Shown: positions 39,171 to 48,345 of the stretch, one piece after another
Numbering within the stretch: position 1 is the stretch's first letter
Layout: every line of letters begins with the position of its first letter
Virus record (IMG/VR): IMGVR_UViG_3300027797_000013
Span: 32,001 to 96,000 of that record
From: a virus
Reading direction: 5' to 3' (one strand)
Length of the DNA: 64,000 nucleotides
Program-made: the position numbers and the translations under genes
The notes under the pieces: model-generated
Seen by the model: the letters and a program-made list of their open reading frames with translations, nothing else
Told to the model about the DNA's origin: nothing
The model's database searches: none

Positions 39171-39536
39171 ATGAACATTAACGATCTAACAGATGCAGAG
39201 CTGATTGAAGTCAAAGAGGCTTGGGAAGGAGTAAACAAAGGACAGTACCATGCATGGACCCATACACGCGCTGATGGCTGGGATGACTTCGATGTAGCGA
39301 GAGCTTATCCTGAGTGGTGCTTCGCTGATAATCCCGAGCGGATGCTCAATACATACCCACACTGGGTAGCAATCAATCAACCTGAATTCGCGTTCGAACG
39401 TGAGCCAAAGACAGTAGCTGTAGACAATAACCGTTGGGTAAAAGAGAACAGGCCCGAGTACTACGCAGAGTATAGGAAGGCGATGCGCTTAGCAGGTTAT
39501 GTACCACATAACGGAATGGGCATCGAAGAGCTGTAA
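39171..39536 (+). CDS. early hypothetical protein
   Basis: Follows a promoter motif; PEW/PHW-type short repeats. Confidence 0.65.
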   Translation: MNINDLTDAELIEVKEAWEGVNKGQYHAWTHTRADGWDDFDVARAYPEWCFADNPERMLNTYPHWVAINQPEFAFEREPKTVAVDNNRWVKENRPEYYAEYRKAMRLAGYVPHNGMGIEEL

Positions 39537-39579
39537 CCAAGGCGGGTCGTTTGTTTAAGGAACTCCGATATAATAAGGT

Positions 39580-39768
39580 ATGACCGAAACTGAATACAAC
39601 GAAATTGCTGCTGAAATCTTTGAATCTGCTATGTGGACTATTAAGTTTACATTAGATGCTAAGAAGTCATCAGATGAAGAAAAGCTAAGTCAAATTAAAA
39701 CAATCGTCAGCGGAGCCTTCAAACGCATCGCAGAAGAAGAACTCAATATGCTGTGCGACGAAGAATAA
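39580..39768 (+). CDS. small early protein
   Basis: Follows a promoter motif. Confidence 0.65.
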   Translation: MTETEYNEIAAEIFESAMWTIKFTLDAKKSSDEEKLSQIKTIVSGAFKRIAEEELNMLCDEE

Positions 39769-39791
39769 ACGAACTCCGATATAATAATAAT

Positions 39792-40004
39792 ATGCACAAT
39801 GTATCTGTTGGTGACATCTTTATGGATTCAAATGAAGTCTTTCGTGTGATAGAAGTTCTAGAAAACGAGAAGTTTCCTGAAGATCCACTCATCGAAGTTG
39901 AAGTGTGTATGAGTGGTCCCGGGCGCGAGGGCTTGGGCGACTGGAGCTTCACTCTCGAACAAGCAGAAAAGTACAACCTGCAGCACTACAAAGCTGCCAA
40001 GTAA
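39792..40004 (+). CDS. small early protein (paralogue of 51744)
   Basis: MHNVSVGD…RVIEV. Confidence 0.65.
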   Translation: MHNVSVGDIFMDSNEVFRVIEVLENEKFPEDPLIEVEVCMSGPGREGLGDWSFTLEQAEKYNLQHYKAAK

Positions 40005-40027
40005 ACGAACTCCAATATAATAATAAT

Positions 40028-40279
40028 ATGACACAATCAATCAACTCCTTCGACCTTACTCCAAACGAGCACATCGCTCTTGACAATATTACTGCAAAGC
40101 TGCTCGATGATGTCAATGTCGATATCAAAGAAGCCTTCGAAGTAGTCCAGGCCATTACTCAATCAGAAGGACTGACTGTAGAAGAGGTAATCAAGTTCCT
40201 CACAGAGAGCCTATTCATGGACCTCGAAGTAAGCCCTGATGGTATGACGTTTAAGGCTAACGATGTGCATGATGTATAG
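40028..40279 (+). CDS. small acidic early protein
   Basis: Start MTQSIN after a promoter motif. Confidence 0.65.
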   Translation: MTQSINSFDLTPNEHIALDNITAKLLDDVNVDIKEAFEVVQAITQSEGLTVEEVIKFLTESLFMDLEVSPDGMTFKANDVHDV

Positions 40280-40425
40280 TTCTATTCACGTAAAGGTTCT
40301 TCCTAAGAAAATAGATTATAGCTCTTCGACAATAGAGTGTGAAGCACGCCGTCTTCTATACATTGACGATAGAACTATAGAGTACTGTCAAAAGACCACG
40401 ACCACCCACCCACTACCTCCGGTAT

Positions 40426-40668
40426 ATGACTACTGCAGAGAAGATAGCGATCTTGGATAAGGAGTATGCCGATGCCAAGATCGTTGTCAATAAGACCATA
40501 GAGACCTTCTGTGGTCTGAATTCAGCTGAATCGTTGGCAGTGCGCAGGCTGTTCCAGACAGAGAGAGCACTAGATGGTCTGCTAAAGGCTCTCAGAGAGC
40601 GTCACATTAGTAATCCGGACATAGAATGGATCATTGGTGTAGCAGAAGACATCCGCTACCTAGAGTAA
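40426..40668 (+). CDS. small hypothetical protein
   Basis: ORF whose stop overlaps the next promoter motif. Confidence 0.55.
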   Translation: MTTAEKIAILDKEYADAKIVVNKTIETFCGLNSAESLAVRRLFQTERALDGLLKALRERHISNPDIEWIIGVAEDIRYLE

Positions 40669-40689
40669 GGAACTCCGATACAATAAGGT

Positions 40690-40974
40690 ATGACCGACGA
40701 ACTCAAAACAAACCAAACGTGGGCCGAAATTTCAGCTCTGCGTACAGAAGCCAATATCAAGTCCGCTGCTGCGCACAGAGCTTGGCTTCGGTCTACTGTA
40801 GACCTCAACACTCTCGGACAAAACGAGCAGGTGGTGAAGGAAGTAAATGATAAGCGAGCTGCTGCCTATGCTGAGTATAAGCGCTGTCACGATGAGGCCT
40901 TTAGAATCTCGCAGATAGCCAACTCCTTGTATAGAGATATGGCAGGTTCAGATGATCATCTGTTTAACAAATAG
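40690..40974 (+). CDS. small early protein
   Basis: Follows a promoter motif. Confidence 0.65.
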   Translation: MTDELKTNQTWAEISALRTEANIKSAAAHRAWLRSTVDLNTLGQNEQVVKEVNDKRAAAYAEYKRCHDEAFRISQIANSLYRDMAGSDDHLFNK

Positions 40975-41004
40975 ACCAGTAAGGAACTCCGATATAATAA
41001 TAGT

Positions 41005-41175
41005 ATGACCGACATTACTAAATTCACTGCTGCAGAGCTGGCTCGTATCGAAGCATACGACGCTGACCTTCTTATGCTCAAAGGTTGGGCATCTAATCTC
41101 GAAGAGGCTACACAGATGGCCCGAGCCACTCTCTGTAAACGCTTTGGTGTTAAACAAATGCCTAACCAAGACTAG
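41005..41175 (+). CDS. small early protein
   Basis: Hand translation MTDITKF…; follows a promoter motif. Confidence 0.6.
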   Translation: MTDITKFTAAELARIEAYDADLLMLKGWASNLEEATQMARATLCKRFGVKQMPNQD

Positions 41176-41201
41176 TAAAGGAACTCCGATATAATAATAG
41201 T

Positions 41202-41381
41202 ATGACGATTACAGAACTCATCAACAAACTACAGCAATTGCAAACGCAAGACGGTAATGTAAATGTAAACATTGTCGATGAAAGCGAAGGTGCTTTTAAG
41301 TATTACAAAGTGTTGTACTACAACAATCCGAACCAGGATACAAATATGAGCGCTGGTCGCCCTGGTGAAGTACTTCAGTAA
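41202..41381 (+). CDS. 59-aa early protein (paralogue of 37092)
   Basis: MTITELINKLQQL…DESEGAF. Confidence 0.7.
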   Translation: MTITELINKLQQLQTQDGNVNVNIVDESEGAFKYYKVLYYNNPNQDTNMSAGRPGEVLQ

Positions 41382-41396
41382 AGGTACTCCGATACA

Positions 41397-41700
41397 AGCT
41401 CTCTATATAGCTAATATAGAGAGCAGGCGCTAGCGATAGCTACGCCTCTAGACTATCAGCTCTCTAGACCGTCAGCGCTCCAGATTGTGTATAGAGAGCG
41501 AGAGAAAAAAAAGGTGTGAGCCGCCATGGCCCAATTTTTTTTTTGCAAATTTCCGAAGACCTCCCATATAGGAATTTTTGCAAATTTCCGTATAGCCCTC
41601 TTCTCCCAATCCCCCCACGCCTATAAGATATTCGGAGTCGATACGGAAAATTTTTTTTTCGGAAATTCTCAGAGTTTTCCTAATAGCCGATTTGTAGATA
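41397..41700. other. non-coding signal-like region with homopolymer tracts and repeats
   Basis: Long A and T tracts, a C6 run, TTTTTGCAAATTTCCG twice, repeated CTCTAGAC. Confidence 0.6.
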
Positions 41701-41747
41701 ATACCTTATAAGGTGACTCTAAATTACGGATGAGAGGCGGATTGAAA

Positions 41748-41755
41748 TATAAATA
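41748..41755 (+). promoter_or_regulatory. T4-type late promoter TATAAATA
   Basis: Exact T4 late consensus 5 nt before the ATG; TAA(A/G)TA-N5-ATG recurs before many genes. Confidence 0.65.
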
Positions 41756-41760
41756 ACTAT

Positions 41761-42249
41761 ATGAAGAAAACAGATATCGAGCAGCTTGGTGCACTCTATG
41801 AACAAATAAGCTTCGGAGAGCCTGGTGGTGGTGACAAGTATGGTCCTACTATGGGCCGAGGCGGTTACGGTGTCAGAGTTGCTCCTAAGGAAAAGCGTGA
41901 TCCAGATGAGTATAATGATGGATACGATGACGATGAAGATGGGCCTGATGACTATTTCGACTATGGTTCCTGTATGTTTAAGAAGAACACTTTTCAAAGA
42001 AATCCTTCTTCAATTAAAGCTCATACTACTTTAATTGATGAGGTAGATAATAATAAATCTATTTCTTTCGACAGATTTTGGGAGCTCTTTAGTGTAATGT
42101 ATAGCCTTACAGAGAAGGATACACCTCATTCTAACTTCTTTAAAGTGGCTATTCGTTGCGCTGTTTATAAAGTAAACCAGGACTTCCCTGACATGTCGCT
42201 AGAAGCATCTTTACCTGGAGAAGGCTCAGTATACAAAAAGGAAAGTTAA
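41761..42249 (+). CDS. hypothetical late protein
   Basis: Late promoter; N-terminal LYEQ. Confidence 0.65.
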   Translation: MKKTDIEQLGALYEQISFGEPGGGDKYGPTMGRGGYGVRVAPKEKRDPDEYNDGYDDDEDGPDDYFDYGSCMFKKNTFQRNPSSIKAHTTLIDEVDNNKSISFDRFWELFSVMYSLTEKDTPHSNFFKVAIRCAVYKVNQDFPDMSLEASLPGEGSVYKKES

Positions 42250-42269
42250 TTACTAAACTAAATAGTAAT

Positions 42270-42893
42270 ATGACTCTAAATCACAATGTTGGTAACATTA
42301 AATGTTTAGTAAGAGTCTCTCACTTGACCCATAATCCAGAAGATCATGACAAGTACCATAATGCTTACATATTTGGTATTCAATCTATATCTATGAAGAT
42401 CTTAACATTCCATATCATGACTGATTATGGAATGATGAGAAGTAGGGTTCCTATTAGTGAGATATTTTTGTCTGAGCCTACTAATGATATTCCTTTCCAC
42501 TTTAAACAGCTGTGGGATTGCTTTAGCGAGAATGTATCGGTAATTACTTATGAGTATCTAAAGGAAAAGAGATGCGAAGTATTACTGAAGGACGGATCAA
42601 AGATTTGGGCGAGCTATCTCTTTACCGTAGATTGGTACAACAATGCTTATTCAGATGAGCCTTCTGATTATAAGTGTGGACACGTCTTAGTAGCAGATGA
42701 TGGTTATCTATTATGCCAGCCTAATAATAGAATATACTGGAGAGACTCTAACTGGGTCACTAAGCCTTTTCCCTTTAAGACAACAAAGACTATAAAGGTT
42801 GATAATAAATTACCTTCGGTAGAGGTCGTTTCAGACAAATGGGTTACCGAAGATACTGATTCTTATTATTACGATATATCTAAAAAGGCATAG
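42270..42893 (+). CDS. conserved phage hypothetical protein
   Basis: QLWDCFS, YLFTVDW, QPNNRI motifs. Confidence 0.65.
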   Translation: MTLNHNVGNIKCLVRVSHLTHNPEDHDKYHNAYIFGIQSISMKILTFHIMTDYGMMRSRVPISEIFLSEPTNDIPFHFKQLWDCFSENVSVITYEYLKEKRCEVLLKDGSKIWASYLFTVDWYNNAYSDEPSDYKCGHVLVADDGYLLCQPNNRIYWRDSNWVTKPFPFKTTKTIKVDNKLPSVEVVSDKWVTEDTDSYYYDISKKA

Positions 42894-42914
42894 GCTAGAT
42901 TAGGATCTTAGCTA

Positions 42915-43910
42915 TTAAGAACTTGCTAATTTGTCAGCAGGTTCTTCAGCTGCTATAATTCTAGCGTTTCTTTTCATACGCTTTATGACCCCATCACCTT
43001 TGGGCTTCTTCTTAAGACGTTTCTTATACTCTTTGTGATCTAAGTACTTCTTAGAGGCCTCTTTATACTTCCCAGCTTTGAGGAGCTCTACCCATTCAAA
43101 CTCTCCTTCTCCTTTTGATTGTAAGTCGCCTCTAAACTCTATATCTACGAGTGCGGCCTTTAGCCCAGTGCTCATGTTAGGCCAGAGCTCTATAAATATA
43201 TCTTCTACGGTTGGTATACGTTTACTGACGTCTTTGGTGAAGCGCTCTAGAGCTTCTTCAGGTGTAAAGGCTGATTTGAGGCCTTTCTTTGCACGAGCCT
43301 TATCATGAGCTATCTTAGCTTTTAAACTACCATCTCCTATCAAGTGCCCTACTCCTATTGTCCATTTGCCTACATCGTCCTTATAAGGTGTTAAGAATCG
43401 ACTATTTGCTTTAGACTTTATATCGCTTCCTATGATCTCACTAGGTAGAATATAGTTAGCGATGGTATCGTATAGATTGCCCATGTCCTTTACGGTGATA
43501 GGCGGCTCTTCTTTCTCTTTCTTAGCTTCCTTAGTATCAGGCTTGTTAACAGGTTTCTCTTTGCTCTGAACTTGTTGATCTGGCTGAGCGGCTGGCTGGG
43601 CGGCTTGTGGCTTTGGTTGTTCTGAGGGCTCGTTAACTATACGGCTGATAGCGTCGTTTGCTATCTGATGGAATTTGTCGTTGTTGATCTTATCGGCTGC
43701 TAGCTTCATAGCCTCTATCTTCTGAGGTTTAGACTCAGGACGTTTCCAGAGCTCTTTATTAATCGCATTAACATTATAGAGCAGACCGACAGCACCTAGA
43801 CCTATTACAGCAGCAAGGACTTCTCTTACGCCTTCGTTATACTGTTCGAGCTGATTTCCCTCAGCTATACCTTCGTTAAGGACTCTGTAGAAGACACTAT
43901 CAAAACTCAT
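42915..43910 (-). CDS. virion-associated T4-like lysozyme (GH24-like C-terminal domain)
   Basis: E…PYKDDVGKWTIGVGHLI; N-terminal VLNEG and a hydrophobic segment. Confidence 0.7.
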   Translation of the reverse strand: MSFDSVFYRVLNEGIAEGNQLEQYNEGVREVLAAVIGLGAVGLLYNVNAINKELWKRPESKPQKIEAMKLAADKINNDKFHQIANDAISRIVNEPSEQPKPQAAQPAAQPDQQVQSKEKPVNKPDTKEAKKEKEEPPITVKDMGNLYDTIANYILPSEIIGSDIKSKANSRFLTPYKDDVGKWTIGVGHLIGDGSLKAKIAHDKARAKKGLKSAFTPEEALERFTKDVSKRIPTVEDIFIELWPNMSTGLKAALVDIEFRGDLQSKGEGEFEWVELLKAGKYKEASKKYLDHKEYKKRLKKKPKGDGVIKRMKRNARIIAAEEPADKLASS

Positions 43911-43936
43911 ATAGATACTTAATCATTTAAGCTGTC

Positions 43937-44440
43937 TTATTCAGGACTGATCATATAAGTCGACCATACTTGTCCAGTAGCTGCGTCTCTATGCACAGGT
44001 CCGCTATTGGCTACAGATAGTGTGATACCTTGACGCTCTGCCTTCTTTAAGATTTGTTTTAACAGTGGCTCTGATAGGGTGTTTGGAGATGTAGTAAGTG
44101 ACTTACCGTCTTTTAGTTTAGAAATCAATTGATCTATCCAGCTGAATAGATCTTTCATATAATTAGTTTTCTCTACACCAGGCACTGCTACAATACCTAA
44201 CACAGCTACTAGCTCGTCAGAATCGATATAGCGCACAATCATGCTACCATCTTCAGTCTTATAGGTTTCAATAGGCGCTCCAAAATATTGAGACGCCATC
44301 TTGTCCTGAGATCTAATTGTATTTACTAGCTTCGCATCATAGTGTTGACCTACTGCATTATAGTATTCCTCATCATTTGATGAAACAGCTTCATTCAACA
44401 TCCGCTCATATATTAAAGTCAAAGGGTCTTTCTTGGTCAT
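43937..44440 (-). CDS. hypothetical late protein
   Basis: TAAATA-N5-ATG; LIYERMLNEA. Confidence 0.6.
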   Translation of the reverse strand: MTKKDPLTLIYERMLNEAVSSNDEEYYNAVGQHYDAKLVNTIRSQDKMASQYFGAPIETYKTEDGSMIVRYIDSDELVAVLGIVAVPGVEKTNYMKDLFSWIDQLISKLKDGKSLTTSPNTLSEPLLKQILKKAERQGITLSVANSGPVHRDAATGQVWSTYMISPE

Positions 44441-44483
44441 ATGAGTATTTAATTGTCCTAGTATACTAAGACTATACTACTCT

Positions 44484-45293
44484 TTAGAATTCTGCTGCAG
44501 TAGGTCCAATTCCTTCTGCTTCTTCGAAGCTATAGGTCTCACCATCCGAAAGTACAACCGACTTTAAGTACCCTGTTAGTGGGTAGAACTCGTACTGCTC
44601 TACTTTACCGTCTGGTAAGCGTTTTGTAAAGCTAGTTTGCTTAGGAGCGTTAGTATGCACCAGCCTATTTTTTTCAAGAAAACTTTTAGCTTTATAATAG
44701 TCAGGTAGAACATGATCTAGATGTAGTTTATTTATACTAATATCAAATGAAGTCCATTTAACATCCTTTAAATTAGTTATACCTTCATCATGTTGAAACC
44801 CAGGATATCTGGCTAAGGTGTTTATTCTTTCGTTAGAAGCCCAGTTAGCTCTTTTTTCCTTTTTATCCGACGAGGTCTCAGCATTTATCGGGTACCATTC
44901 ATGCAAATTAGATGTATACCCTCTTAGTAGGAAAAAGGTATGATCATCTGACATAGTTTGGCTCCAAGATCTAATTACAGAAACAGAAATTTCTTCATCT
45001 GCTTTACTAAAAAGATATTTTAAAGCAGTTACCATATCACCCCCAGTCTCAGCGAGCCTACCAGAAAAAATATTATGCATTATTGGTACCTTATTTGAAT
45101 ATCTTTTTTCTAATCTATTTGCTCTTTCTTGTGCTTGCTTATATCTGCTATACGCATCTTTAGTCACAAAATAAGATCTATTGTGCTCGCTGCCCACCTC
45201 TGGATCTTTAGTATCACCTACTACTTGACGGTAGGCTCTACCAACATCATCTCGTTCTTTAAGTATTTGATCAACTTCCTTATTAAAATCCAT
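44484..45293 (-). CDS. hypothetical late protein
   Basis: TAAGTA-N5-ATG; ILKE. Confidence 0.6.
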   Translation of the reverse strand: MDFNKEVDQILKERDDVGRAYRQVVGDTKDPEVGSEHNRSYFVTKDAYSRYKQAQERANRLEKRYSNKVPIMHNIFSGRLAETGGDMVTALKYLFSKADEEISVSVIRSWSQTMSDDHTFFLLRGYTSNLHEWYPINAETSSDKKEKRANWASNERINTLARYPGFQHDEGITNLKDVKWTSFDISINKLHLDHVLPDYYKAKSFLEKNRLVHTNAPKQTSFTKRLPDGKVEQYEFYPLTGYLKSVVLSDGETYSFEEAEGIGPTAAEF

Positions 45294-45301
45294 ACATATA
45301 C

Positions 45302-45466
45302 TTAATCAATCAGAGTCACACCTTCTGGTGGAGGAGACATTTTGTAGATTTCCTTCCAGCGATTAGCGCCCGGACCAGAGAAGGAGATGGTTCCAGGCTT
45401 AACTTTATCGGCCTCTACAATCTCACTAGCTTGAATCTCTGCAGACATATCGTTGTAATCACTCAT
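45302..45466 (-). CDS. small early protein
   Basis: Hand translation MSDYNDM…; ATG 5 nt after the motif TATAAT. Confidence 0.55.
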   Translation of the reverse strand: MSDYNDMSAEIQASEIVEADKVKPGTISFSGPGANRWKEIYKMSPPPEGVTLID

Positions 45467-45487
45467 ACCTTATTATATCGGAGTTCG

Positions 45488-45727
45488 TTATGGGTACAGT
45501 TTCTGTACCAGTTCTTTGTGTTTGCAAAGTATTTCGTCCATCTCTTCACGACTAAACGTTCGTGTCGACGTCCAGACTTGTAGATCTAATCCTTCAACTT
45601 CTTTCTCGCAAATTCCGCATCGCGCTTTTTTGATCGGGTTTTGCTCGGACGCGAGGATTTGGTATCCGAATCCACAGTACTTACAGACGTGTGTAATGCG
45701 GTGGTAGGTCTCAATAGTAGTTTCCAT
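45488..45727 (-). CDS. Zn-ribbon protein
   Basis: CKYCG…CGICE. Confidence 0.6.
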   Translation of the reverse strand: METTIETYHRITHVCKYCGFGYQILASEQNPIKKARCGICEKEVEGLDLQVWTSTRTFSREEMDEILCKHKELVQKLYP

Positions 45728-45730
45728 GCT

Positions 45731-46075
45731 TTATTTTATCAAACTGATACGAGCTGCACCATGCTGGATAGTAGCAGGTTCAATCGACACAATTTTAGAG
45801 TAGTACATCGCAGTCAACGCATCATAAGATTCATACGTATGCAGTACACCATCTGTAGTACGCTTGATACGTTCGATGAGAGCCTTTAATGCTACAGCAG
45901 AGCTGAAGTGAGGACGATTCTTACTATTAGCTTTGATGTAATCGTAGCAGTGCAATGCCTGTTCAGTAGTTGCTTTAGGTCTATCTGCTATGAGCTGAGC
46001 GGAGGCTCGGCGTACGGTAGTCTTAGGAGCTGGCACCGTAATGTTGTATAGAGGGTTAGATGGGTCGTACGGCAT
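45731..46075 (-). CDS. hypothetical protein
   Basis: ORF track. Confidence 0.55.
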   Translation of the reverse strand: MPYDPSNPLYNITVPAPKTTVRRASAQLIADRPKATTEQALHCYDYIKANSKNRPHFSSAVALKALIERIKRTTDGVLHTYESYDALTAMYYSKIVSIEPATIQHGAARISLIK

Positions 46076-46079
46076 ATGA

Positions 46080-46301
46080 TTACTTAGAGTAGTTGATCCA
46101 ACGCAGGAATGAACGGAAGTTTTTGAAGCCTACTATGCTGCCATCAGGATTGATCTCTGCTTGTAGGTTATTATTATTCCTGGTACGTTGCATCAGTACA
46201 GAGCTGTCATCGTACATGCACATGACTCTGAAGCCTAGATGGATCAGCGACATCAACGTTATTTGACGTTCAAAGGAAGGTAGAGTGAGTGTATCGGTCA
46301 T
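46080..46301 (-). CDS. small early protein
   Basis: Start MTDTL after a promoter motif. Confidence 0.6.
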   Translation of the reverse strand: MTDTLTLPSFERQITLMSLIHLGFRVMCMYDDSSVLMQRTRNNNNLQAEINPDGSIVGFKNFRSFLRWINYSK

Positions 46302-46328
46302 ACTATTATTATATCGGAGTTCGTTAAC

Positions 46329-46376
46329 AAAAAAAAGACCCGCCTTGGTGCGCATCGTAGAGAGGCGTGGCGGGTA
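46329..46376 (-). terminator. probable intrinsic terminator
   Basis: ACCCGCC…GGCGGGT followed by C and a T run on the minus strand. Confidence 0.55.
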
Positions 46377-46444
46377 CAGATCACCTAACGAAGTGTGCTT
46401 CACTCTTTTCAGGAGGAGAGGCCCGTTAAGTCTACTGAAATTAT

Positions 46445-46933
46445 TTATGCATCCTTAAAACTTTTAGGTTTATACCCCATGGAGCGCTCCTCAGGTTCAT
46501 CGCCCATATCTAAATGATAAATTAAATTCTCAAGCTCATCGTACTGGAGCTGAGTGCCGAACAAATAATCTACAGCAGCTATAATTTTCTCAACTTCAAA
46601 AGCTGTTAAGTTTCCTACTTCGGATTCATCGCCGCCGAAGTCACCCTCTTGACTATTATTGTCTCCGATAGGCACACCTACTGCTTTGAGAAAGTCTGTC
46701 GCAGATTCGTTTTCTTGTTTAAGAAATGGCATTAGTGCATTCTTATCGAAGCGTAGATTCAAGGTACCAGCATACTCGGTTCCCATCTTCATGGTTTTAA
46801 CAGCTGTAGGCCACTTTGATTCATCTGGAGTATACTTTTGATCTTTTGCATGCATGCTTGCAAAAGGTTCGTTTTGATTACCTTCCATAGCTTCGTATAT
46901 TAAGCCTATTCTCTTAAAGTCGTTATTTCTCAT
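46445..46933 (-). CDS. hypothetical late protein
   Basis: TAAATA-N5-ATG at MRNND; LIYE. Confidence 0.6.
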   Translation of the reverse strand: MRNNDFKRIGLIYEAMEGNQNEPFASMHAKDQKYTPDESKWPTAVKTMKMGTEYAGTLNLRFDKNALMPFLKQENESATDFLKAVGVPIGDNNSQEGDFGGDESEVGNLTAFEVEKIIAAVDYLFGTQLQYDELENLIYHLDMGDEPEERSMGYKPKSFKDA

Positions 46934-46977
46934 TCCTTTATTTATGGCTCGTAATATATTTTCTTTAGGTTCGTCTT

Positions 46978-47178
46978 TCATACTTCAGGAAAGGGAGGAA
47001 GATCCATCCATCCAATGATGGTCCAATCCATATACGGATAAGCATTATCGTCTCTACTAATCCACCTGTGGCCAAGTTGTCTTACGATGGCGTGTCCTTG
47101 TGGACCGTCCTTTACAGTACCATACGCAATGAGGACTTCACGATCACTAGGAATGGTCTTAAATGACTTCCATTTCAT
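46978..47178 (-). CDS. small protein, DUF551-like
   Basis: MKW…P…VL…WMDLP pattern. Confidence 0.5.
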   Translation of the reverse strand: MKWKSFKTIPSDREVLIAYGTVKDGPQGHAIVRQLGHRWISRDDNAYPYMDWTIIGWMDLPPFPEV

Positions 47179-47346
47179 AATTACTTAACAATAATGAACC
47201 AGATAGCAGCGACAAGAGCAATGTCGAGTACTGCGCAGATATAACCAGTGACGAATGTGCTATAGGATGAGCGGAAAGCGTAGTAGCGAATATTATTGAG
47301 CATACTTTATTATATCGAAGTTCGTTTAGATCTATATGAAAAAATA

Positions 47347-47431
47347 TGGTGGGTAGGGATGGATTCGAACCATCGAAGGCTAAGCCAGCAGATTTACAGT
47401 CTGCCCCATTTGGCCACTCTGGTACCTACCC
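47347..47431 (-). tRNA. tRNA-Tyr(GTA)
   Basis: GCAGA-CTGTAAA-TCTGC anticodon arm, long variable arm, CCA. Confidence 0.95.
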
Positions 47432-47437
47432 GTATTA

Positions 47438-47932
47438 CTATTTATCTAAATCTTCAACTTCATCAAGCTCTTTCTCTATCTCTCTACAAGTCTTATTAGC
47501 TAGTGTCTGCAGCTCTTCTGTAAAGTTTCCATAGATTCTAAACGTATCATACTTCCATTTTGTATCAGTTACTCTAATACCTTTAGTGAGTAGATAAAAG
47601 ATCTTTGATAGAAAGAGATTTCGACATCTGACCAATGAACCATCGTTGCCGAATAGATCAAGTAAGCGTAGTACGAATCTTGGACACCACCACGGGCGCG
47701 CTACCTTATCAACCTCTTTAAAGAACTCGCGTAGGAGTGCTTCTTCAGGGTATAGAAATTTGCTACCTACAGTATAGGTATAGATAGCGTAACCTAGATA
47801 ACTGTACTCGTTTCCTATTTTAGGAAAGAAGCATTCAATTACATCTCCAACCTTTATGCTATTTAACATAACTTTAAAGGCTGTCGAATCTTTTACTCTC
47901 GGTTTAACAAGTACAATGTCTCTAAAATTCAT
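47438..47932 (-). CDS. hypothetical protein
   Basis: ORF track. Confidence 0.6.
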   Translation of the reverse strand: MNFRDIVLVKPRVKDSTAFKVMLNSIKVGDVIECFFPKIGNEYSYLGYAIYTYTVGSKFLYPEEALLREFFKEVDKVARPWWCPRFVLRLLDLFGNDGSLVRCRNLFLSKIFYLLTKGIRVTDTKWKYDTFRIYGNFTEELQTLANKTCREIEKELDEVEDLDK

Positions 47933-47936
47933 ATAG

Positions 47937-48341
47937 TTAGTCTACTCTCGTATCTTCAGGTATATCTTTCTTAGGCACGATATATACATCTATTGTTTTC
48001 TTATCTTCGATAGATATAGCTCTCTTTAATCTATTCAGACCGTCCGCTACAGATAGCCCATAAGAGCTATCTTTAATAACTAACAAAGGGTATGATGTGT
48101 CAGCTTTCTGCACACGTTCATTAGAATGCTTAGGATCTTCCTTATTCTGTTTGTTCCACCATTTTAGTTCATGTTTAAGTTTAGAAATAGGAAAATCTTT
48201 TTTAAAGTACTTTTCCTTATTCTTCTCAGCAAACTTTACTATTTTTGGAACAGACCACTTTTCACCTTTCTCATTCTGCATTATATTGCTTGCATCATGA
48301 AAGTGCTCTAGAAGATTTTCTATTTCTTTATTAAAATTCAT
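47937..48341 (-). CDS. ParB/sulfiredoxin-like domain protein
   Basis: YPLLV…VADGLNRL. Confidence 0.55.
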   Translation of the reverse strand: MNFNKEIENLLEHFHDASNIMQNEKGEKWSVPKIVKFAEKNKEKYFKKDFPISKLKHELKWWNKQNKEDPKHSNERVQKADTSYPLLVIKDSSYGLSVADGLNRLKRAISIEDKKTIDVYIVPKKDIPEDTRVD

Positions 48342-48345
48342 ATAG

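Larger units (their letters stand above)
35296..41396 (+). promoter_or_regulatory. about 20 copies of AA(C/G)GAACTccgaTATAAT promoter motif (plus strand)
   Basis: Copies near 35296, 35747, 35874, 36161, 36280, 36581, 37069, 37270, 37720, 37907, 38577, 38780, 39148, 39557, 39768, 40004, 40667, 40981, 41178 and 41381 (degenerate). Confidence 0.9.

Noticed and set aside
35747-41396. CRISPR array or integron attC sites from the recurring 20-bp repeat
   Set aside because: The intervals are irregular (about 100-650 nt) and encode ORFs, the repeat contains TATAAT and is not palindromic, and no cas or integrase gene is visible.
41526-41711. 61-aa Phe-rich ORF
   Set aside because: Arises from T tracts in the signal-like region; no promoter motif.
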